Assembly (NCBI GenBank): GCA_964439175.1
Contig: CAYTNQ010000004.1
Coordinates: 8,759 to 72,758, forward strand
DNA from: an uncultured Anaerolineales bacterium
GTDB lineage: Bacteria > Chloroflexota > Anaerolineae > 4572-78 > NAK82
DNA length: 64,000 nucleotides
Reading direction: 5' to 3'
Every line of letters starts with the position of its first letter. The stretch's first letter is position 1. This document shows, piece after piece, positions 55,196 to 64,000 of this stretch. Made by a program: the position numbers and the translations under genes. The notes under the pieces were generated by a model, which saw only the letters and a program-made list of their open reading frames with translations, did not search any database and was not told where the DNA came from.

Positions 55196-56479
55196 TTAAT
55201 GCACCTCGAGCGCTGGCAGACTGGCCTGAAGCGGAAGCGCGCCACAGACTTCCCAGCGGTGCGGTGGACGAAGAACACCCTTCTCGCCTCCAATAAGGCG
55301 GACGAGCAGCGGATAGGCATGCCAATGATAATCGTAAGCATAAGCCCAGTTTTGCTCGTAGACGCCGACGTCCACATAGTATTCTCCCCCGTTGAGGTCG
55401 AGCCGATCCAGTTGTAATACGATCTGGCCCCTGCCCTGGAGTGTTGGCAGAGTCAGCCCGGCTGCCGATGTGTTGGTATCATAGCAGACAAAGCCATCCT
55501 CACGGGTAATGGTGACACCAAAGATCGCTGCTGAGATAGGCTGAGGGGCCAGATACTCGATTTCGACGCGCAAAGGATCACCACTCTTCAACTCTGTGAC
55601 CAGAAAGCCATCGGTGTCGAGCAAGCGAACGGCGACAATCTCCATCGCTAACGACCCAAAGCGGTTCTCGTTGACCCGCAGTTCGGCACCGGTGGCTGTG
55701 CGTAGAGCGGGCCGCGCTGCCGGTGTGCGCCGCCGCGTCTCTGCCGACATCTCTGCCACATACTGTCCCACTACCACATCCGCCGCCCCGTAAGCTGCCA
55801 TATGTCCGGTACGCAGCCATAATACCTGGTCGCACAGTTGCTGGACCATGGTAGCATCGTGGGAAACGAGGATGATGGTACAGCCCTCGGCTTTGAACTG
55901 AGCGATTCGCTCCAGGCACTTGCGCTGAAACGCCATATCCCCGACTGCCAGCACCTCGTCAATCAGCAAGATCTCGGGCTCCATATGGGCGGCGATGGCA
56001 AAGGCCAGCCGCATCTGCATGCCGGTGCTGTAGGTGCGCAGCGGGTTATCAATAAACTGCTCGAGTTCCGCAAAGGCTACGATTGAGTCGAATCGTTGCG
56101 CCACCTCGCGACGGGTAAAGCCACTGATAACTCCATTGACGAAAACGTTCTCCCGCCCCGTCAGGTCAGGGTGAAAACCAGCCCCCAGGTCCAGCAGCGC
56201 GCCAATCCGTCCGTTGGCCTTCACACTGCCCTCATCAGGCCGTCCGACGCCGCCGATAAGCCGCAGCAACGTCGATTTTCCCGCTCCATTGGGACCAATC
56301 ACTCCGACCATGCACCCCGGGGCAATGCTGAAACTGACATTGCGCAGCGCCCAAAACTGCTCCGCTGGCCCCAACCGGCGCAGGCCATGCAGGAGCGCCT
56401 CCTTGAGCGTCACCGGACGATCAGTGTGATAGCGGCGGAATTGCTTGCCCAAACCCCGCGCAACAATCGCATCGCTCAT
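55196..56479 (-). CDS. wzt: Polysaccharide ABC exporter ATPase, second copy, with C-terminal glycan-binding-type domain
   Basis: Walker A GPNGAGKST, signature YSTGMQMRL and Walker B LLIDEVLAVGD. A ~170-aa beta-rich C-terminal extension is present. The ATG directly abuts the TAG of the upstream fusion gene. Confidence 0.85.
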   Translation of the reverse strand: MSDAIVARGLGKQFRRYHTDRPVTLKEALLHGLRRLGPAEQFWALRNVSFSIAPGCMVGVIGPNGAGKSTLLRLIGGVGRPDEGSVKANGRIGALLDLGAGFHPDLTGRENVFVNGVISGFTRREVAQRFDSIVAFAELEQFIDNPLRTYSTGMQMRLAFAIAAHMEPEILLIDEVLAVGDMAFQRKCLERIAQFKAEGCTIILVSHDATMVQQLCDQVLWLRTGHMAAYGAADVVVGQYVAEMSAETRRRTPAARPALRTATGAELRVNENRFGSLAMEIVAVRLLDTDGFLVTELKSGDPLRVEIEYLAPQPISAAIFGVTITREDGFVCYDTNTSAAGLTLPTLQGRGQIVLQLDRLDLNGGEYYVDVGVYEQNWAYAYDYHWHAYPLLVRLIGGEKGVLRPPHRWEVCGALPLQASLPALEVH

Positions 56480-59416
56480 CTACAATTCCTCCACAAAGCG
56501 GCAACTGGCCCTGGTAAAGATAACGTAGCCGAGTCCCAGCAGCCCAGCAGTGAGAGCGGCAAGTCCCAACAGCGACAGACCATCTGGCAACTTCCCCCAG
56601 ATCAGGATAGCACGATAGGCATCAAGCATATGCATCATCGGGTTGAGACGATAGACAAGGCGGTAGCGCGCCGGAACAGCGCTGGCATCATAGAAGACGG
56701 GAGTGAGATAGAAAAGCAGCAGCAGCAGCACACCCAAGAGGTGTTGCGTGTCCCGGAAGGTAACGTGAAAGGTCGCCACCAGATAGGCCAGGCTAAGGAT
56801 AAGCAGGAATTGAACGGCAATCACCAACGGCAGCGCCACGAACGCCCCCGTCGGCCGCAAGCCGCTGAGCATCAGGAAGAGCAACAGGATAGGGAGCGCC
56901 AGCAGGAAGTGGATCATGTTGCTCATCACCGTGACCACCGGCAGAATGGCCGCCGGGAAACCGGGGCGCTTGATCAGATCGCGATTGTCGGTGATGGCGC
57001 CGGCTGCCAACAATAACGATGATTGGAACCAACTCCAGGCCAATACACCGCTGAAGACAAATAGGGGATAGTTCGGGATGTTGAGCGGCAGAACGCGACG
57101 GAAGAGGAAGATAAAGATCAGCAATTGGGCCAGCGGATTGAGGAGCGACCAAGCGATACCCAGCACCGAGCGCTTGTAGCGCAGTTTCATATCACGGGAA
57201 ACCAACTCGCGCAGCAGGTCGCGCAGATAGATCAGCCGCCGTGTGTAGAGCGGTGCGCTGGCATTGATCGTGATGGAGTTTCTTTGTAGGATCAGCACCG
57301 CACCAATGCCCAACACAACGCCAAGGACAAGCAACAAAGGCAACAAGGTATCAAGAGTGCTCGCCAATGTCCGGCCTTGTGCCAGCGCCAGCGTTGTCTG
57401 TACCTCGACCACGCCGTCCTGTGCCGCGATGGAATGGTAGTCTTGATCGCTATTGGTATCCCAGACCTCGCTCGCAACGCCGCCGCGCAGCTTCGTTGTC
57501 TCGAAGACATAGTCTATAGTCGCGCCGGAAGGTACCTGTACCTTGGCGACGAACGTGTCCCCCTCACGGACCATCGGAGTATACATGAGCGCATCTTTCA
57601 CCCGCGTCCCGGCCGGACGTGTCTCTTCGGTCACAACAGCCCACCCATTGATCCCCCAGACCAGAAACACCTCACCCGCTTCGGGCATATGGTAGCGGAT
57701 ATCCTGAGTGACAAGCGGAGTGTCAGCAGCCCTCGCAAGCGTCTGAGCCTGTGACAGAGCCAGTGTTGAGACTTCTGCCGGGCTAAGAACCCGATAAATA
57801 ACATACTGGGAAGTCTGAGAATGGAATTGACAGGTGCGCTTTATGTGCTCGACTAACGCGGGGTGACCTGTCCAAAAGTCCTTTTTACGCTCACTGGCAA
57901 TCCCCAGCCAGTCTGCACCCTTAGCCCGGAGTTCCTCGAACATTCGGATGGATTCATTGTCATCTTCAGGCAGTTGGTCCCACACGATATCATTGGAAGC
58001 AGGTGGGAAAATCCACCCACGCCGCCGGCTATAGTAGATGGCGTTAGGATCGCCAAGATCACTCGCCATGGTGACGACTAGGTCGCCCGGTTGCGATACT
58101 TGACGCAGAGCCAACCCCAACCCGTAGCTTTCGTCCCCATAGGGTCTGGTATACATATTCTTCAAAACATTCTGCCCAGCCCCACCAATTATGAGCAAGA
58201 ACACCGCCACTGCTGCTCGTGAGGCAAGCGGCCGTGTGCTCAAGGGCCTGAGGGATGCAATCGAAACGATGGCGTGGCCCGCCAGCGCCGCCCCTACGGG
58301 GTTGATAATGTGGAAGTTCCAAGGGTTGTCGACAAGCTCTTTGGCACCAATGAAGTAGTAAAAGATACCGGCGAGAAGCCACCAGTGAAACAGCCAGGGT
58401 GCCTTACCCGAGTTGTTTATTGGCAACTGGTCCTCCCCAGACTCCCGGCTGCGCTCCCTTCCGGGTGGGCGGAGGAGCAGACCCAGTGAAACAAGATAGA
58501 TCACAGGCGCAGCCCACAACCAATAGTAGAAATTCACTTGCAGGCTTGGAAGGAAATAGTTTTGGTCCCACCATTCCCTCAATCCATCATTCCAAAGCCA
58601 GTTTCCAGAACCCGCAAAATGGTATGGTGGGTAAGAGAGGGAAAGATGTCTCGCCCAGAGGTAGTAGCCGATCACCGGCGCCAATGCAAGGACCCCTACG
58701 ACACCAGGTATCACGAGCTTCGCCGGCTGCAATTTCCGCTTAGCGCCGAGGATAGTTAGCGTAGCGTAGGCCATTGGGAGCCCAACGATCAAGCCAGGAA
58801 TTTTCGTGAGGAGACCCCACGCTCCGGTCACCCCCGCCAGCAGCAAGTAGCGCTGGCGTTCAGTTTGGAGGTAGGCAACCAGCATCCAGAGGCTGGTTAT
58901 CATCAGCGCTACCATAGCTGGATCAGGTAGAAACGATCGTTCAACAAAAATGCTCCCCGGCAAAACCGCCATGACGGCGGCGCTGGCAATAGCACGCTCT
59001 TCATCCCACACCCGACGGACGAGTTGATAGAGAGCGAAGATACCCCACAAGCCAAACATCACGGCTACACTGCGTCCGACCCAATCCTGCTGGCCGACGA
59101 TGGTGTAAAGCACCGCTGCTATGTAAGACACTGTCTGAAATTCACGTCCCTGGTAGTTAGGCCCTGGCCCGCCCCAGTTCACTTCTGGGTAGAAGATGTT
59201 CCAATTGGTGCGGTAGAAGTTATCTGCCATCATAGCGGTACTGGCCTGTCGCCAACTGAAGACATCTGTAAAAGGTTGGGTGATGTGATGAAGCCGCAGG
59301 ATACCCGCAATGACCAGGACGATTACAATTTGTAGCGTGATCAGGCGCGCTGAGAAGTTATTGCACGGGTGAAAACGTTGTGGATAAGTTTTAGTGTAGA
59401 AACCAGGTGTTTTCAT
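56480..59416 (-). CDS. Fusion protein: GT-C (ArnT/PMT_2-like) glycosyltransferase + beta-sandwich carbohydrate-binding-like module + Wzm ABC-2 permease
   Basis: Residues are numbered from the listed ORF start. Residues ~35-560 form a GT-C pattern (FSWRQASTAMMADNFYR.., many TM helices, soluble C-domain). Residues ~585-690 form a beta-sandwich (EVFLVWGINGW..DTFVAKVQVPSGATIDYVF). A single TM spans 703-723. Residues ~735-991 form a complete Wzm (LLRELVSRDMKLRYKRSVLGIAWSLLNP plus 6 TM). No stop codon occurs anywhere in the ORF. ATG 59416 makes an ATGA overlap with the upstream gene. Confidence 0.75.
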   Translation of the reverse strand: MKTPGFYTKTYPQRFHPCNNFSARLITLQIVIVLVIAGILRLHHITQPFTDVFSWRQASTAMMADNFYRTNWNIFYPEVNWGGPGPNYQGREFQTVSYIAAVLYTIVGQQDWVGRSVAVMFGLWGIFALYQLVRRVWDEERAIASAAVMAVLPGSIFVERSFLPDPAMVALMITSLWMLVAYLQTERQRYLLLAGVTGAWGLLTKIPGLIVGLPMAYATLTILGAKRKLQPAKLVIPGVVGVLALAPVIGYYLWARHLSLSYPPYHFAGSGNWLWNDGLREWWDQNYFLPSLQVNFYYWLWAAPVIYLVSLGLLLRPPGRERSRESGEDQLPINNSGKAPWLFHWWLLAGIFYYFIGAKELVDNPWNFHIINPVGAALAGHAIVSIASLRPLSTRPLASRAAVAVFLLIIGGAGQNVLKNMYTRPYGDESYGLGLALRQVSQPGDLVVTMASDLGDPNAIYYSRRRGWIFPPASNDIVWDQLPEDDNESIRMFEELRAKGADWLGIASERKKDFWTGHPALVEHIKRTCQFHSQTSQYVIYRVLSPAEVSTLALSQAQTLARAADTPLVTQDIRYHMPEAGEVFLVWGINGWAVVTEETRPAGTRVKDALMYTPMVREGDTFVAKVQVPSGATIDYVFETTKLRGGVASEVWDTNSDQDYHSIAAQDGVVEVQTTLALAQGRTLASTLDTLLPLLLVLGVVLGIGAVLILQRNSITINASAPLYTRRLIYLRDLLRELVSRDMKLRYKRSVLGIAWSLLNPLAQLLIFIFLFRRVLPLNIPNYPLFVFSGVLAWSWFQSSLLLAAGAITDNRDLIKRPGFPAAILPVVTVMSNMIHFLLALPILLLFLMLSGLRPTGAFVALPLVIAVQFLLILSLAYLVATFHVTFRDTQHLLGVLLLLLFYLTPVFYDASAVPARYRLVYRLNPMMHMLDAYRAILIWGKLPDGLSLLGLAALTAGLLGLGYVIFTRASCRFVEEL

Positions 59417-62121
59417 TCCTGCCAGCCTACATTCAGGCTTTTCAAACTCCTCCAAGACCCATAGGATAACTCAGGTTGTTTATGGCGCTGGGAAACCGGG
59501 ACGTAGGGGTGGCTGTGGCCTTCGCGCCTGACACGCCGTCGTGACTGCCACAACGACCACGGTCCGGCCAGATTTCCTGCAATTTCAAGCAAGGTTAGCA
59601 ACAACGGATAGTCGCTCTTTTTGCCCCGCAGCCGATCCTTCAATTGCCACACGATCTGCCGCAGGCGCCAGCGTGGCATATGGACCGCCAAGTGTAGTAA
59701 CGCCCGCAGATCGTGATCGCGCAGCAGGGTCGTCACATGGTAAGCCACGTGGCCCTTACTGTAGTCGTAGATCTGGCGGCGCAGCGCTGACATATCGCGA
59801 CGATGCTTGTGCCGGACGTAGGCCGCCGGCTCATACACGAGCGTGTAGCCAGCCTTGAGCACTTTATAGAAAAGATACGTATCCTCTCCGACGCCGGCAG
59901 GCATGCCCGGTCCCAACGCTTCGTCCATCAGGCCTATCTGGGGATGGCTGAAGATACTGGCGCGAAAAGCAGCGTTGGCAGTTGCCCCCAGCTCCCACGT
60001 TGGTACAGCCTGGCGCCGAAATGATTCGAACCAGTCACCGCCGACCTCAAGCCGCTTAAAGCCACGTCCCAGGCCGCCGTATCTCTCAAAGAAGCACTGA
60101 GCCGAGGTTTCCAGTTCCAACGGCAAGGTATTGCCGGTCACGATCATCACATCGCTTCGAACGAAGGGGGCCACCAGCTTCTCCAGCCAATCGGGCGGGA
60201 CTATCACATCATCGTCTGTGGCGATAACGATGTCACCTTGACTGGCGGCAAATCCCGCATTACGAGCGTAAGCCAGTCCCCGGCGCGGCTCGTCTACCAA
60301 CACCACCCCCGGGAACTCGGCAACCACGGGTGGCGTCAGGCCAGAGGCCGGATTGTTGTCAACCACAACGATTTCGAAAAGCCGCGGCGACTCCTGGGCG
60401 ATCAGGCAGCGCAGGCATTCACGCAGACCGTCCGGCCGGTTGAGGGTCGCTACCACGACTGAGACTGAGACATCGGCAGGTAGTCTGGCAGACGCAGATG
60501 TCTCCGTCCCACCCACTGTCGGCATATAGTGCCGATTCAGGGCTGCCGCTATTTCAGCCCAGAGGAATTCCAGGCTTAAGTCGCGATCTGGCTCGACCAG
60601 TTTGAGGCCAAGTTGATCGACAATAGCCTGGCGCAGGCGGGTCGCGCTGACAGGTTGGTGATAGTTGGGGATATCCGCGCTACCCAGAAGGCGATCGTTC
60701 CAGGTCACAAAGACGCGCACCTGGGCGTAATCCGTCACGTCGGTCAACGCAGGCAAAGTTTGAGCCAAGTCGACGGTGCGCACCGCGACAGCGTCTCGAG
60801 GCTTGGAGATTCTCTTAGGTGACAGATGCCTCCCAGGAATCACAACCTGGGTAACAGGCCCAAAGCTATTGGCGACCCGAGCAGCAGCCTGGCGGGCCTT
60901 CCGGTAACGGCCCAAGCCTATAAAGGAGCCTTGCAATTCGGCCAGGATTAGATTACGCGGGAGGCGGGCCGGACGTACCAGGGAGACCAACAGAGGACGT
61001 ACATTCCCCTTCCACAGCCACCACAGGCCGAAACGGATGAAAGCAGAGCGCTCATCCGGATAAGCCAGGGCACTGCGCACAAAATACGAGTACAGGCCAA
61101 CACCATTGTTGGTTATCTGCCTTTGCAGTTGGCCGTAATCGCGGCGGTGGCGGTGGCGTACAATTGCGCTGGGCTCATAGACCAGTGTGTATCCTTCTTT
61201 TAACACGCGGAAGAACATTTCGAGGTCACCACCGCCGTTGGTGACTGTGCCTACATCCAGGGCTGGATCAAAGTACCCAATTTGGTCGAACAGGCTGCGA
61301 CGGTAGGCCATATTAGCCCCGGTGCCGAACTGTCCTGCGCCGTGATACGACCATTGCTCACCATTTTCTCGTTCCACCCGGTACCACCTTCGCTCGAAAC
61401 CGCGCCCGAAGCCGCCGTGCCATTCAAAGAAGATTTGGGCCTCGGTCTCAAGTTCATAGGGCACCACCAACCCGGTGACAGCCATCACATGCGGGCCTTC
61501 GGTGAAGACGCTGGTCAAAGCCCTGACCCAACCCGGGTCAACCACCCCATCGTCGTCTGTGTAGGCGATGATCTCACCCTGGGCCTCGATGATTGCCCGG
61601 TTGCGCGCCCAATTGAGGCCAGGCCGGGGCTCGCGAATATAGCGCACGCCTGGGTAGCTGGTGCGTATCAGGTGTTCGGTAGCATCACTGCTCGGCGCAT
61701 TATCCACAACCAGAAGATCAAGATCCGGGTAATCGAGTCGGCACAAGGCATCCAAACAGATCGCCAGGTCATCCGTGCGGTCGCGGGTACAGACCGCCAC
61801 CGTCACCAACGGGAATGGCCCAGTGGAGATTGGGTGCGCCCCATGAGCCAGGTCTGCAATACGTAGTCCACCCGGTTGTGGCGGGGCTGCCAACCCATCA
61901 CGCAATAGATGGCGTATGATGGCCCAGCTATGTTGATCCAGGATAGCTTTTCTCAGGGCTGCTGCTGTGCAGCGGCCGCCAATTACGGGCACCTGGACAT
62001 ATCCAATCGGCGTGCCGTGCAGGCGGACCAGTCCCCATAGAGCCACATAACCGTCCAGGCCCTCGATAGTCGTAGGCGGACAGCTCAATTCGATATCCAC
62101 CACTTTCATACGCTGAAACAC
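59413..62121 (-). CDS. Dual-module GT2 glycosyltransferase (putative glycan polymerase)
   Basis: Two complete GT2 modules. The first carries VVDNAPSSDAT / YTDDDGVVDPGW / GANMAYRR..GGGDLEMFFRVLKEGYTLVYEP. The second carries VVDNNPASGLT / ATDDDVIVPPDW / ANAAFRA..GVGEDTYLFYKVLKAGYTLVYEP. Confidence 0.8.
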   Translation of the reverse strand: MFQRMKVVDIELSCPPTTIEGLDGYVALWGLVRLHGTPIGYVQVPVIGGRCTAAALRKAILDQHSWAIIRHLLRDGLAAPPQPGGLRIADLAHGAHPISTGPFPLVTVAVCTRDRTDDLAICLDALCRLDYPDLDLLVVDNAPSSDATEHLIRTSYPGVRYIREPRPGLNWARNRAIIEAQGEIIAYTDDDGVVDPGWVRALTSVFTEGPHVMAVTGLVVPYELETEAQIFFEWHGGFGRGFERRWYRVERENGEQWSYHGAGQFGTGANMAYRRSLFDQIGYFDPALDVGTVTNGGGDLEMFFRVLKEGYTLVYEPSAIVRHRHRRDYGQLQRQITNNGVGLYSYFVRSALAYPDERSAFIRFGLWWLWKGNVRPLLVSLVRPARLPRNLILAELQGSFIGLGRYRKARQAAARVANSFGPVTQVVIPGRHLSPKRISKPRDAVAVRTVDLAQTLPALTDVTDYAQVRVFVTWNDRLLGSADIPNYHQPVSATRLRQAIVDQLGLKLVEPDRDLSLEFLWAEIAAALNRHYMPTVGGTETSASARLPADVSVSVVVATLNRPDGLRECLRCLIAQESPRLFEIVVVDNNPASGLTPPVVAEFPGVVLVDEPRRGLAYARNAGFAASQGDIVIATDDDVIVPPDWLEKLVAPFVRSDVMIVTGNTLPLELETSAQCFFERYGGLGRGFKRLEVGGDWFESFRRQAVPTWELGATANAAFRASIFSHPQIGLMDEALGPGMPAGVGEDTYLFYKVLKAGYTLVYEPAAYVRHKHRRDMSALRRQIYDYSKGHVAYHVTTLLRDHDLRALLHLAVHMPRWRLRQIVWQLKDRLRGKKSDYPLLLTLLEIAGNLAGPWSLWQSRRRVRREGHSHPYVPVSQRHKQPELSYGSWRSLKSLNVGWQE

Positions 62122-62185
62122 AAGGTACTCTCCCCGTTATTACAGTTGATGTCCTCGGTCGCAACCGCTATATCTTCTTCAGCAA

Positions 62186-64000
62186 CTACGATTTGGCCAA
62201 CAAGGTCGGCTTAACTTCCGGCACCCCGCGCCAGTCGCCACTATTCTGCTGGGGTGCAATCTGAATCGGCTCACGGTGACGGATCTGCCAGCGAGAACGA
62301 GCATAAGCAAATGGACCTAGAAGAGCACCGTAGAGACCGGCGACAACCACCTCGGGCGGAAGTAGATGCAAGCCCAGCAATGAAGCCGCCAACTCACGAA
62401 CTTGATACTTGACGAACCAACCCAGGCCCAGACGGAGTACTGCCAGATCACCGCGGATGGCCCACCTGGCAAAGGCCGCAGCGGCGCCCACGCTGTAGCG
62501 ATAGCGGAGCATACGCAGGCCAGAGAGCGTGCTGCGATGGCGGTGCCAGACAACCATAGCTGGCTCGTAGAGAATGGTTTCACCTCCCTTGAGCAGCCGG
62601 TAGAACATGTCGATGTCTCCGCCAGCATGGGCCGGGGTACCTGCGTCAAGGGCCTCGTTAAACGTCCCAAATCGGAGCAACGCCTGGCGCCGAAAGGCCA
62701 TATTGGCACCAACGCCGATATCACCGACCGGCGTGGTCGGCAGCGAGCCCTTGTAGAGTCGGCGCTCAAAGCCGCGCCCCAACCCGCCAGAGCGCTCGAA
62801 AAGGTACTGCGCTGGCGTCTTGAGTTCGAGGGGGAGTACCAACCCAATGACGCACGCAATGGCTGGATCAGCAAAGCCCATAGCGAGCGCTGCAAGCCAG
62901 CGCGAGTCCACGACTACGTCATCATCGACAAAGGCAACGATGTCACCACGGGCTTCGGCCAGGCCACGGTTGCGTGCACGGCAAAGGCCTACTTGCTCCT
63001 CACGTACAACTCGTACCGGGTAGTCGGCTGCAACTCGTGCTGTCTCAGGGCCTGAGCCATTATCGACGACGATGATCTCATGGGGAGCGCCCTCAATACC
63101 CCTGAGTCCTTGCAGGCAAGTGCGCAGCAGCGCAGGACGATTTCGGGTGCAGATCACGATTGAGATATGCTGGAGAGATGGGGTTTCCGGAAGCCGGTGA
63201 GGGGTAGCCTGTTTCTCCAGAGTATGGATTGCGCTGGCGAGTCGCGCCTGTGTAACCACAGGTCCCGGATTCTGAATGAGCAACGATCCCTGCGGCCGTC
63301 CATTCCGATTGACCAACAGGTACAGATCACGATTTTCCTCGAGCTCCAGAATCGCCGGAAGGCCGTCATCCAGCTCAAGGCTTAACACCTGGGCAGGCTG
63401 CAGATAGTGCATCTGCTCGCGCTGCACTCGTCGCAGCGAGCGCAAGAAAGCCACTGGACCTACGAGGTGACCCAGCGTCTCAATCAGGATCAGGTGGACC
63501 GGCAGCCCTTTGCGCTTCAGGAGTCGCCGGGCGAGCCAGCGCCCCTGCTGCCAGAAGCGATAACCGGCCAGCAACAACGCTTCACGCCTCATCTCGCGTT
63601 CAACCACTAAACTTTTGGTCAGCAACGCAGTGAAGGCCTTGCCATAAGCCCAGAATTGGCGATAGCTTTCGTCTTCACTCACTCGATGCCGATGGTAGAC
63701 CAACGCTGTAGGGTTGTAGACAGCGACAAAGCCCGCCCGCAGAAGTCGACGGAAGATGTCTATGTCTCCCCCGCCTCCGGTGGGGGTGCCAGCGTCGAGT
63801 GCCTCGTCAAAGGGGCCGATCACGTCGAAAACCTCGCGACGAAAGGCCATATTGCAGCCAGTCCCCAAATGTGAGGGGTAGACCGGGAACCAGGGACGAT
63901 CGTCGCTGGCGGTGAAACGTATAGGTTCCACGCCACGGTCGAACGAAAAGTGCTCCTCGAAATGACGCTGCGCCATTGTCCTTAGTTCCAGCGGCAGGAC
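62186..64000 (-). CDS. Multi-module GT2 glycosyltransferase, 5' end outside window
   Basis: The frame stays open upstream of the listed ATG 63976 to the window edge (VLPLELRTMAQRHFEE..). That segment aligns with the mid-module motif LPLELETSAQCFFERYGG of the neighbouring gene. It therefore holds one complete module (VVDNGSGPETA / FVDDDVVVDSRW / GANMAFRR..GGDIDMFYRLLKGG) and the C-terminal half of another. Confidence 0.75.
   Translation of the reverse strand, partial: VLPLELRTMAQRHFEEHFSFDRGVEPIRFTASDDRPWFPVYPSHLGTGCNMAFRREVFDVIGPFDEALDAGTPTGGGGDIDIFRRLLRAGFVAVYNPTALVYHRHRVSEDESYRQFWAYGKAFTALLTKSLVVEREMRREALLLAGYRFWQQGRWLARRLLKRKGLPVHLILIETLGHLVGPVAFLRSLRRVQREQMHYLQPAQVLSLELDDGLPAILELEENRDLYLLVNRNGRPQGSLLIQNPGPVVTQARLASAIHTLEKQATPHRLPETPSLQHISIVICTRNRPALLRTCLQGLRGIEGAPHEIIVVDNGSGPETARVAADYPVRVVREEQVGLCRARNRGLAEARGDIVAFVDDDVVVDSRWLAALAMGFADPAIACVIGLVLPLELKTPAQYLFERSGGLGRGFERRLYKGSLPTTPVGDIGVGANMAFRRQALLRFGTFNEALDAGTPAHAGGDIDMFYRLLKGGETILYEPAMVVWHRHRSTLSGLRMLRYRYSVGAAAAFARWAIRGDLAVLRLGLGWFVKYQVRELAASLLGLHLLPPEVVVAGLYGALLGPFAYARSRWQIRHREPIQIAPQQNSGDWRGVPEVKPTLLAKS

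Noticed and set aside
56096-57016. 306-aa plus-strand ORF spanning the wzt-2 / fusion-gene junction
   Set aside because: It is antisense to two well-supported genes. Its composition is Gln/Arg/His-rich with no motifs.
1-64000. Mobile elements, prophage, defence systems, CRISPR arrays, tRNA or rRNA genes
   Set aside because: No transposase, integrase, recombinase, Cas, restriction or toxin-like ORFs were seen. No cloverleaf-like or rRNA-like segments were seen in the few intergenic gaps. The only repeats are the small palindromic and hairpin elements and the promoter cassette described above.

Overview
Bacterial chromosomal segment. Spot counts of 60-nt samples give about 57% GC for most of it, with three islands of roughly 38-50% GC. 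It is almost entirely cell-envelope glycan machinery, nearly all on the minus strand. Genes are tightly packed, with ATGA, GTGA and TGATG start/stop overlaps. Left end: the tail of an AsnB-like gene, nadE and a Tat-exported DUF362 protein. Three giant secreted proteins follow: a double FG-GAP propeller with PKD domains, a CBM9-like + DNRLRE-like + DUF11 protein, and a PQQ-propeller + DUF11 protein. All three end in the same [FY]LPI[IV]xK-COOH heptapeptide. 12.9-21.8 kb: four GT-C-type polytopic membrane glycosyltransferase-like genes, a polyprenyl-phosphate-mannose-synthase-like GT2 and a BNR/sialidase-like protein. 22-46 kb: wecB, a QxxRW synthase-type GT2, FemAB-like and hexapeptide acyltransferases, two more GT2, five GT4 and a Wzy/WaaL-like membrane protein. 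The same stretch holds a second Tat-DUF362, a Cys-less AsnB homologue, an alkaline-phosphatase-family protein, Wzm/Wzt, and a Wzz/BY-kinase with an extra C-terminal excisionase-type HTH. 46-53 kb: a TolB-like propeller protein, a B12-binding radical SAM enzyme, an Arn-like trio (polyprenyl-P GT2, hexapeptide acyltransferase, small SMR/EamA flippase-like protein) and gmhB. 53.6-55.2 kb: an ALDH7-type dehydrogenase, the only long plus-strand gene on the right side. 55.2-64 kb: a second Wzt, a ~978-aa single ORF fusing a GT-C glycosyltransferase, a beta-sandwich module and a complete Wzm permease, and two genes built from tandem GT2 modules. Non-coding highlights: a ~55-bp promoter/operator cassette occurs five times in front of the minus-strand transcription units. 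Two hairpins with 15/16-bp stems have identical 68-nt loops. A palindromic repeat family is inserted in-frame in a GT-C gene. I saw no rRNA, tRNA, CRISPR, transposase, integrase, phage or recognisable defence genes. Lineage guess (weak inference): a Chloroflexota-like monoderm. All domain calls come from motif recognition by eye; no database search was run.
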